Origin: an uncultured Desulfobacteraceae bacterium
GTDB lineage: Bacteria; Desulfobacterota; Desulfobacteria; Desulfobacterales; UBA5616
Length of the DNA: 64,000 nt
Direction: 5' to 3'
NCBI GenBank assembly: GCA_964386565.1
Contig: CAYLRU010000008.1
Span: 8,110 to 72,109 of the forward strand
Of the stretch, positions 57,179-64,000 are shown one piece after another (the first letter of the stretch is position 1; each line of letters starts with the position of its first letter). The position numbers and the translations under genes are program-made. Under the pieces are notes generated by a model. It searched no databases. It was not told the origin of the DNA and saw nothing but the letters and a program-made list of their open reading frames with translations.

Positions 57179-59443
57179 CTATTTTGAGATATATTTTTCA
57201 ACCTCAACAAGGGCGCTGTTCATGGGAATGGACCCGCCCGGGGAATGGTCGTCGCCGGTCAGTACATTGGCGCATCCCCCCAAATCCACTCCGTCCTTAT
57301 CCGGCTCATACCAGGCCCCCTGACTCACGTTGACCACACCCGGCATAATGCGCTCGGTCACATATGCCGGTATGCGTATCCGGCCCCTGTCATTAAAAAC
57401 ATCAACAAGATCGTTGTTCTCAATTCCCCTTTTCCTGGCATCAACAGGATTGATCCAGACTGAATGGGGTTCGATTTTGCGCATCCATGGGACATTGTAC
57501 CAGGTGGAATGGGCCCTTGTTTTGTGGTGAGTCGTGAGAAGCTGGAGGGGATATCGGGCAGCCTTTGGCGAATCATAATTTTCACCATGGCTGATGTACT
57601 TGGGGATGGCGGGGACTAAGGGATCTTCCATTTCCGCCAGATGGTCGCATTTGATTTCAATTTTGCCCGACAGGGTGGGAAACGGGTTGTTTTCAGGATC
57701 CCGGACCTGCTCCTTGAAGGAAACAATGGGCTCTGACAGCTTGATTTTAAGGACACCGTCTCGCTTCATGGCATCATAGTCGGGGATATCATCCCGGGTG
57801 GAAGCGATCCCTCTTAAAAGTTCATCTTCCGTGGCATCAAAGATATGATGGGATATGCCCAGACGTTTTGAAAGCTCCCGGCAGATATCAAGGTCCGACT
57901 TTGTTTCATAAAGGGAGTCCACTGCTTTGTTCAGATAAATATAATAAGGAGATCCCATCCACGGCGGGGCGATATCGCATCTTTCCATAAACGTGTTCAC
58001 CGGCAAAACAATATCGGCAAACCTGGCCGTGGCCGTCATGAACTGTTCGTGGACCACCACATATTCCAGGGTTTTAAATGCCTTTACCCCGAGATTGGTA
58101 TTGGGAAACTGGTTGATCTGGTTGCCGGCCACCACGTAGGCCATTTTAATATCTGCTGGATATCCCCCGGCCCGGCCCCTTAATATGGCATCATAGACCT
58201 TGCTGTAATGAATTCGGGCACTGGAGGGATTGGTCCCGCCGTAAAGCTTATACAACGATTTCTTACGGGGCAGGGCCCCGTCTTCAACGGGATTCCCCGA
58301 TCGAAGGGGGGTATCCAGAGTGATCCGGGAGGTCACCCCCTTGTTTTTGGCCTTGCCGAATTTTGTCTCCCGGCTTGAATAGGCCCGCATGAAGCCGCTG
58401 GCATAACCGCCGTTAATCCCGATGTTGCCGGTGATGGTGCAAAGCACATTGGCAGCCCTGGAATACTGCTCTCCCAGGGATGTCCGGGCCGGGCCCCAGC
58501 CGGCGATGAGTGCGGCCGGCCTGCTTTTCGCATATTCCCGGGCCAGGTTGATGATGGTCTGCGCCGGCACTTTGGTTATGGCCTCCGCCCATTTCGGGGT
58601 TTTCGGTTCCCTGTCCTCCAGCCCCAGAACATATTTCCGGTACGTTTCAAATCCGATGGTGTGGGTGTCTATAAAGGATTGATCGTGGAGGTTTTCCGTA
58701 ATAATGACATGGGCCATGGCGATAAGCATGGCCGTATCCGTTCCCGGACGTATGGGAATATATTGGTCGGCAAAGGTCGCCGCCGTATCAGTGTAACGGG
58801 GATCCACGACCACCATCTTAATGCCTTTTTCCTTTGCAAGGGCCAGATAGGGACTGGTTTCCGGGTCCTGAATGGTGTTGGCCGGGTTCCAGCCCCACAT
58901 GATAATCAGGTTGGAATTGAGCAGGTCATCCCGGGAATTTCCCGTCCGGATGGTGCCGTATGTGGCCATGGACGCAAACAGGGCTCCTTCAAAGGAGGGA
59001 ATACCCCAGATCCGTGTAAATCCGCCGAATTTCTGGAGCATCAATCCCACGGGAAAAGGGCCGTGAAGCATACCCTGGTTTCCGGATCCGGCAGAAAGAA
59101 AAATGGCGCTGTTCCCATAAGCCTGCTTTATCTTTTTCAAATTTTCGGCAACGTTATCCAGGGCATCATCCCAGGATATGCGCTCAAATTTTCCTTCTCC
59201 CCGGGAACCAACCCGTTTCAGGGGGTATTTCAGCCTGTCCGGATGATAAAGCCGCTGCCGGTATGACCGCCCCCGGAGACATGCCCGGATTTGCGGATCT
59301 TCGCCGTTGTCTGTCTCGTAACGAATGACTTTCCCGTTTACAACATGGGCTTTCAGGACGCATCGGCCGCCGCAGTCATGACAACATCCCGTGGGGATGA
59401 TGGATACATTGTTATCAGATGAAACCTTCACATTTGGGTTCAA
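57179..59443 (-). CDS. DmsA-like molybdopterin (bis-MGD) oxidoreductase catalytic subunit, no Tat signal
   Basis: TTG start 6 nt after GGAGG. [4Fe-4S] motif C-x2-C-x3-C-x26-C (CHDCGGRC...IRAC). The block ACLRGRSYRQRLYHPDRLKYPLKRVGSRGEGKFERISW closely parallels E. coli DmsA as I recall it. No RR motif in the first 25 aa. Confidence 0.88.
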   Translation of the reverse strand: MNPNVKVSSDNNVSIIPTGCCHDCGGRCVLKAHVVNGKVIRYETDNGEDPQIRACLRGRSYRQRLYHPDRLKYPLKRVGSRGEGKFERISWDDALDNVAENLKKIKQAYGNSAIFLSAGSGNQGMLHGPFPVGLMLQKFGGFTRIWGIPSFEGALFASMATYGTIRTGNSRDDLLNSNLIIMWGWNPANTIQDPETSPYLALAKEKGIKMVVVDPRYTDTAATFADQYIPIRPGTDTAMLIAMAHVIITENLHDQSFIDTHTIGFETYRKYVLGLEDREPKTPKWAEAITKVPAQTIINLAREYAKSRPAALIAGWGPARTSLGEQYSRAANVLCTITGNIGINGGYASGFMRAYSSRETKFGKAKNKGVTSRITLDTPLRSGNPVEDGALPRKKSLYKLYGGTNPSSARIHYSKVYDAILRGRAGGYPADIKMAYVVAGNQINQFPNTNLGVKAFKTLEYVVVHEQFMTATARFADIVLPVNTFMERCDIAPPWMGSPYYIYLNKAVDSLYETKSDLDICRELSKRLGISHHIFDATEDELLRGIASTRDDIPDYDAMKRDGVLKIKLSEPIVSFKEQVRDPENNPFPTLSGKIEIKCDHLAEMEDPLVPAIPKYISHGENYDSPKAARYPLQLLTTHHKTRAHSTWYNVPWMRKIEPHSVWINPVDARKRGIENNDLVDVFNDRGRIRIPAYVTERIMPGVVNVSQGAWYEPDKDGVDLGGCANVLTGDDHSPGGSIPMNSALVEVEKYISK

Positions 59444-59481
59444 TTTCTTCCTCCATGGATAACTTTCTTCCGGCGGCTGTT

Positions 59482-61230
59482 TCAGGGGTTTCCATAGGCG
59501 TCTCTTACTTTTTGCCGCAACATTTTCCCCGCTGGCGAAAACGGAATGTCGTTTACAAAGACAATGGATTTGGGAATTTTATAGCCGGCCATTTTGTCCC
59601 GGCAAAATTCGATTATCTCTTCGGGTTCTGCCGTCTCACCGGGCTTTAACCGGATCACTCCCCTCACCCGGCTGCCCCATTCTTCATCAGGTACACCGAT
59701 AATGCATACCGTATCGACCTTGGGGTGGCTTGAAATGATCTCTTCCACTTCCAAGGGGAACACCTTTTCCCCTCCCGTATTAATGCATTCCTTTTTCCGG
59801 TCAATCACCCGGATTTCACCGGATTCATCAATATAGCCCAGGTCCCCGCTCCTGAACCACCCGTCTTCCATGGCCTCCCGGGTTTTTTCTTCGTCCTTGT
59901 AATACCCTTTCATCACAGTGCTCGATCGGTAAAGAATCTCACCGGGTTCACCCCGGGGCACCTCATTATTATTCTCATCCACAATTTTTATGTCCACGAT
60001 GGAACTGCCCACGGACCGGTCCTTGATATTCTCCGGATCAACATCGAGTTTAAAGGATGTCACCGGCGTCATCTCCGTCTGGCCGAAGGCGTCCAGGATC
60101 ATGGTTTCCGGGAATGCCCGCAATATCTTCCGTTTCAAGTCCTTGGGGCAGGCCCCACCGCCTGTTCCGGTTAACCGAATTGAACCGACATCGTATTTAT
60201 CGAAATCCGGATATGACAGCAGCTTTTTCCATCCCGTGGGAACATTGGACAGGTTATACACCTGCTCCTTCTCGACGAGTTCAAGAATAAGGGCAGGATC
60301 GAATTTGATGCTTTCGGGCAGAACATAACACACTGCCCCGGTAAGGGCGCCCATCATCAGGTTTGCATAGGATGCATCATGAAAAAACGGCATGGACGGG
60401 AACATGGCCTTTCGCATGTTCTTGTATCCCTTTCGCAGTTTTTTGGGGTCCATAATGCTTTTTCTGACTTTCTCCCGAAAAAATTCCAGAGTCTTTGGTT
60501 TTTTCATGATGTTTTTAAACAGGTCGGATCGATAAAACGGACCCAGAACGGATTTTAAAGGAAGCGTGGAATCCGCGATGATCTTCTTTTTTCGGTCCGG
60601 GGGCATATCCATGGTAAACATCCGGACGGCAAGGTGTGCCGACAGCATGGAAAACATATCCAGATGGCCTTTATATGTCAGCATGACCCCTTTGGGAAAG
60701 CCGGTTGTGCCGCCGGTATAGATCATTACTGCCACGTCTTCCCATGCATTCGCCACACGGGGGTCCTTCCCTTCACCCGAATTCACGAAGCTTTCATAAT
60801 CAATGATATTATCGGCTTTTGTTTCCCCCATACAGATGAAATGATCAATCTTTGTCAGATTTTTCATGGCCGGAACCACTGTATCCGACCAGATCCCGTC
60901 AAAAATGAACACATTAGCGTCCGAATGGTTTCCCTGGTATTCGATTTCACCGGGAACAAACCGGTAATTCATGGGGCAGGGAATCGCCCCGGCCACCTGA
61001 ATCCCGAAGTTGATCTCCACAAATCCGGGTGTATTATGAAACATGAACACCACTTTATCATCTTTTTTCACGCCGAGTTTGATCAGGGCCTGGGCGATTT
61101 TAAACACCCGTGGAACCAAATCTTTCCACTTTATCCGCCGGTCTCCGTAGATGATGATCTCTCCTTCGGGATTGTATGTTGCACATGACAAGAAACTGTT
61201 GGCAATAATATTCGGTGAAAAAGAACCCAT
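59482..61230 (-). CDS. AMP-forming acyl-CoA synthetase (FadD-like)
   Basis: YTGGTTGFPKG AMP motif; GDLGYIDESGEIRVIDRKKE; C-terminal PFSPAGKMLR. GGAGG SD. Confidence 0.9.
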   Translation of the reverse strand: MGSFSPNIIANSFLSCATYNPEGEIIIYGDRRIKWKDLVPRVFKIAQALIKLGVKKDDKVVFMFHNTPGFVEINFGIQVAGAIPCPMNYRFVPGEIEYQGNHSDANVFIFDGIWSDTVVPAMKNLTKIDHFICMGETKADNIIDYESFVNSGEGKDPRVANAWEDVAVMIYTGGTTGFPKGVMLTYKGHLDMFSMLSAHLAVRMFTMDMPPDRKKKIIADSTLPLKSVLGPFYRSDLFKNIMKKPKTLEFFREKVRKSIMDPKKLRKGYKNMRKAMFPSMPFFHDASYANLMMGALTGAVCYVLPESIKFDPALILELVEKEQVYNLSNVPTGWKKLLSYPDFDKYDVGSIRLTGTGGGACPKDLKRKILRAFPETMILDAFGQTEMTPVTSFKLDVDPENIKDRSVGSSIVDIKIVDENNNEVPRGEPGEILYRSSTVMKGYYKDEEKTREAMEDGWFRSGDLGYIDESGEIRVIDRKKECINTGGEKVFPLEVEEIISSHPKVDTVCIIGVPDEEWGSRVRGVIRLKPGETAEPEEIIEFCRDKMAGYKIPKSIVFVNDIPFSPAGKMLRQKVRDAYGNP

Positions 61231-61671
61231 TCCCGCCTCCTGTTCCGGGTGTGATTTTCAATACGCTTTAAAAAATACCGGTCTCCCCTGAAAATCGATT
61301 GTTTGGTTCATGATCAGGCTAAAAATGAAATACAGAAATGAAACTTACGGCAAATTGCGGTTGCCGGTTCATGGCAAACAGGGCACCTGCAAGGGATGAC
61401 TTGCCAATAATACCAATAAAAAGATTATAGCCAAAAAAAATATTTAAAATCAACAAAATATGGCCCATCAACTTAAAATTCGTCAGATAAGCGACCGCCT
61501 TCTTTGATGCCGCGCCTTGGGATACGGTATATGGGACGGTCAAACAGCCCGGCCCTTGACAGGAACTGATATTTTTCCTATTCACCACAGTCAGGGATGT
61601 TAAGTTTCGGTCCGGCGTCTAACGTACGGGTAAAAAGACAAGTATTTAATTTTCGATTACGGATAATCAAA

Positions 61672-62640
61672 ATGGAAAAATCTTTTCAGCCGGTACTTCC
61701 GTTGAAGAATCCTTTCTTGCAAACCGTTCTTGCCAGCAGCCGGCTGAGGACCCTTGGAAAGAATCCCATGCTGGATCATGCCCGGGAAATCATTTTGACA
61801 ACCCGTGATCATGTTCGTTTAGTGGCGCATTATTCACCACAGGTTCATGCACCGGAAAAGGGCGTCGTGATACTGTTGAACGGCTGGCAGGGAGATTCCA
61901 ACTCCGCATATATCCTGCGTACGGGAAAATATCTTTACAATCATGGGTATGCCGTATTCAGGCTGAACTATCGGGACCATGGCAAGAGCCATCATCTCAA
62001 CGAAGGGCTTTTTTACGCCACCCTTCTGGATGAATTATTCGAAGGTATTGAACAGGCTGCACAAATCGAAAACAGAATCCCGGTTTTTCTGGCCGGGTTT
62101 TCCCTTGGGGGAAATTTCGCCCTGCGGATCGCAAAAAAATGTTCGGTCTCTCCCATCAAAAACCTTCGTTATATCGTGAGTATCAGCCCGGTCCTGGACC
62201 CGAACAAAACAACGGCTGCCATCGACAACATCAGGCTTATCCGGGACTACTTTCTGAAGAAATGGAAGCGCTCGCTGCGGGACAAACAACGCGCTTTCCC
62301 GCAATTGTATGATTTTACAGATATATTGAAAGAAAACAACCTGCACACCATGACCGAAATGTTGATACGGCGCTACACCCGGTATGAAAATGCAAAACAG
62401 TATTTCCGGGACTATACCGTCAAGCCGGATGATGTTACGGATATCCCCGTGCCCACAACCATTATCACGGCCGAAGATGATCCCATCATTCCGGTGGAAG
62501 ATTTCCAGGCATTACACGTGAACAACCCGACCCGTCTGGTCATTCATCCCAATGGCGGTCACAACGGTTTTTTGGAAAATTTCAGATTGGAAACCTGGTA
62601 TGAAAGGGAAATGATCCGGTTGTTCGACAGCATGGTTTAA
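61672..62640 (+). CDS. alpha/beta hydrolase (YheT-like)
   Basis: Nucleophile elbow GFSLGGN; C-terminal DD...GGHNGF. Start is ATG 61672, or up to 61597 in the ORF track. Confidence 0.8.
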   Translation: MEKSFQPVLPLKNPFLQTVLASSRLRTLGKNPMLDHAREIILTTRDHVRLVAHYSPQVHAPEKGVVILLNGWQGDSNSAYILRTGKYLYNHGYAVFRLNYRDHGKSHHLNEGLFYATLLDELFEGIEQAAQIENRIPVFLAGFSLGGNFALRIAKKCSVSPIKNLRYIVSISPVLDPNKTTAAIDNIRLIRDYFLKKWKRSLRDKQRAFPQLYDFTDILKENNLHTMTEMLIRRYTRYENAKQYFRDYTVKPDDVTDIPVPTTIITAEDDPIIPVEDFQALHVNNPTRLVIHPNGGHNGFLENFRLETWYEREMIRLFDSMV

Positions 62641-62678
62641 TCTTTTTCTATCCCGGTATACCCGGGTCAGGAGGTCTT

Positions 62679-63242
62679 ATGCGGAAAAAAATCCTGGTTC
62701 CCATCGCCGATGGGACGGAAGAATTGGAAGCCGTCAGCATCATTGATGTTTTGCGGCGGGCCGATGCAAAGGTTGATGTGGCATCCGTAGGAGAACTGCA
62801 AATTACCGCATCCCGGGGAACTAAAATTATTGCAGACACCCACATTTCACGGTGCAAGGAAAATCAGTACGACCTGATCGCCCTGCCCGGCGGCCTGCCC
62901 GGTGCTCACCACCTGAGGGATTGTGAAGATTTAATCGAAATGTTGAAAAAACAAAAAGCAGATGGCGGATGGATTGCAGCCATCTGTGCCTCGCCGGCAG
63001 TGGTTTTTGAACATCATGGGCTTTTGGATGAACTGAAAGCCACCTGCCACCCGGCATTTGCCCATGAAATCAAGAATAAAACGTCCATTGAATCCCGGGT
63101 GGTCGTGGACGGCAGGTGCGTGACCAGCAGGGGGGCGGGCACGGCAGTGGAATTTGCATTGACGCTGGTTGCTCTTCTTTATGATAAAGAGAGGGCCATG
63201 TCCGTAGCCGAACCCATGCTGGCCCGTTTTGATATGCCCTGA
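62679..63242 (+). CDS. DJ-1/PfpI family protein
   Basis: KILVPIADGTEELEAVSIIDVLRRA and the nucleophile-elbow Cys AAICASP. Confidence 0.9.
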   Translation: MRKKILVPIADGTEELEAVSIIDVLRRADAKVDVASVGELQITASRGTKIIADTHISRCKENQYDLIALPGGLPGAHHLRDCEDLIEMLKKQKADGGWIAAICASPAVVFEHHGLLDELKATCHPAFAHEIKNKTSIESRVVVDGRCVTSRGAGTAVEFALTLVALLYDKERAMSVAEPMLARFDMP

Positions 63243-63287
63243 CGGTTGCGGTTGTGTCTGACAAAACAGGAACAGGAAAACTGAAAT

Positions 63288-63662
63288 ATGAAAGCCTTAT
63301 TAATAACGGCACACGGCAGCCGAAAGCGCACGTCCAATAACGAGGTCCTTGAACTGGCGAAAAGCCTGGAAAAAATGCCGGAAAGCCATTTTGACATGGT
63401 GATGTGTGCCTTTATCCAGTTTGCATCACCTCTGTTTCATGATCAGGTTGATGTCATGGCTGGAAAAGGCGCCTCGCAAATCATCGTCTTCCCCTATTTT
63501 ATTGCAGCGGGCAGCCATGTTTTAACGGACATCCCCAACCTGATTCAGCAGGCCAAAGTGAAATACCCCCGTATCGACTTTGGATTGATCCCCCATATCG
63601 GGGGGCTAAAGGGCATAAAAGCATTTCTGATAAATGAAATTAACGCATACCTGTCAAATTAA
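63288..63662 (+). CDS. cbiX: sirohydrochlorin cobaltochelatase, small CbiX type
   Basis: 124 aa. MKALLITAHGSR...VFPYFIAAGSHV matches the CbiX(S) layout with the catalytic His in AHGSR. Confidence 0.8.
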   Translation: MKALLITAHGSRKRTSNNEVLELAKSLEKMPESHFDMVMCAFIQFASPLFHDQVDVMAGKGASQIIVFPYFIAAGSHVLTDIPNLIQQAKVKYPRIDFGLIPHIGGLKGIKAFLINEINAYLSN

Positions 63663-63672
63663 AGCCTTCATT

Positions 63673-64000
63673 TTATTCAGGGGACAAATAAATCAATTTG
63701 CCGCACGAATTCTGGATTGCCACGTCCAAACGGGTATCACAGCCGCTTAAAGCAGAACCGACATGGCTCAATGCTTTTTCCGGGGTATTGTTTATTTCAC
63801 TCAAATGGCCCAACACAACATGCTTAAGCCTGTCGTGCTTCAATTCACTTAAAAGGTTTTTCGAATCTTCGTTGGACAGGTGACCGTCGCGGCTTTTAAT
63901 CCGCTGTTTGACAGGCCAGGGGTAGGGTCCTGTCTCCAGCATTTTTAAATCGTGGTTGGCTTCCAGGAATAATGCGTCGCATCCCTTCAAGTGCTGTTTC
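63673..64000 (-). CDS. MBL-fold metallo-hydrolase, C-terminal part only (N-terminus beyond the window)
   Basis: The frame stays open to base 64000 (...KQHLKGCDALFLEANHD...SRDGHLSN...VLGHLSEINN). The M at 63990 in the track is an internal TTG codon. Confidence 0.75.
   Translation of the reverse strand, partial: KQHLKGCDALFLEANHDLKMLETGPYPWPVKQRIKSRDGHLSNEDSKNLLSELKHDRLKHVVLGHLSEINNTPEKALSHVGSALSGCDTRLDVAIQNSCGKLIYLSPE

Noticed and set aside
61373-61390. Sigma54-like GG-N10-GC element (aGGTGCCctgttTGCC, minus strand) upstream of the ligase/Mo-enzyme genes
   Set aside because: Only the GG and GC dinucleotides and their spacing match. The flanking consensus (TGGCAC, TTGCW) is poor, and no enhancer-binding protein gene is nearby.
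61319-61588. 89-aa minus-strand ORF upstream of the acyl-CoA ligase
   Set aside because: It has no SD at either candidate start, AT-rich codon usage unlike its neighbours, and lies in a promoter-like intergenic region. Its hydrophobic C-terminal half could be a chance product of T-rich sequence.
1-64000. CRISPR arrays, tRNA/rRNA genes, integrases, toxin-antitoxin pairs or classic defence-system genes
   Set aside because: I looked for regularly spaced direct repeats, tRNA-like T-arm sequences, and nuclease, helicase or methylase operons in all gaps over 100 nt. I found none. The window reads as core metabolism and transport rather than a defence or mobile island.

Overview
Densely coding 64-kb chromosomal segment, roughly 50% GC by eye, with about 55 protein genes. 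I saw no rRNA, tRNA, CRISPR array or intact mobile element. The gene content looks like a sulfate-reducing Desulfobacterales-type deltaproteobacterium (hcp with a ferredoxin partner, many CoA ligases/transferases, DUF362, AsmA, a Ni/Co ECF importer with NikK/NikL-type extras); this taxonomic call is inference only. Gene order: (1) a truncated exported protein, a cupin and an FG-GAP protein; (2) mutL, a small ORF with gatA and gatC, a SPOR protein and argS, all on the minus strand; (3) a metal-uptake island at 10.7-24.2 kb. The island holds an ECF-type Ni/Co importer (DUF4198/NikK-like, CbiM, NikL-like, CbiQ, CbiO with a His-rich tail, plus a PP2C-like gene). It lies tail-to-tail with a TonB receptor - SAM methyltransferase - Opp/Dpp/Nik-type ABC importer operon. 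(4) hcp, an HD/Zn-ribbon protein and a ferredoxin; (5) a sirtuin, YqeY and mobB; (6) an OmpA/vWA/TSP3 lipoprotein, AsmA, a CBS protein, an esterase and GDH; (7) NAD-kinase-like + acyl-CoA ligase + DUF362; (8) a leucine/isovalerate-type (liu-like) set with acetoacetyl-CoA synthetase, two XRE-cupin regulators, an acyl-CoA dehydrogenase, an HMG-CoA-lyase-like protein and a carboxyltransferase beta subunit; (9) plsB and an amidohydrolase; (10) a CoA-thioester/molybdoenzyme cluster (AMP ligase, signal-less DmsA-like enzyme, two family III CoA-transferases, ACD-alpha-like protein); (11) a hydrolase, DJ-1, cbiX and a truncated MBL hydrolase. The most interesting observation is that both metal-uptake operons begin with an untranslated leader ending in an intrinsic terminator that abuts the Shine-Dalgarno (SD) sequence. 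The two leaders share collinear sequence blocks: TTCAGG(G)C...GCCTGAAC and an identical 11-mer, GCCACGAAGGT, forming the terminator 5' arm. I could not assign them to any riboswitch class from memory, so this is a candidate undescribed attenuator/riboswitch for metal import. Other leads are a class-II-positioned TTGAC-N4-GTCAA site in front of hcp, several perfect palindromes in 5' regions, and the orphan cytoplasmic DmsA-like enzyme in a CoA context. All functional calls rest on motif recognition by eye; no database search was possible.
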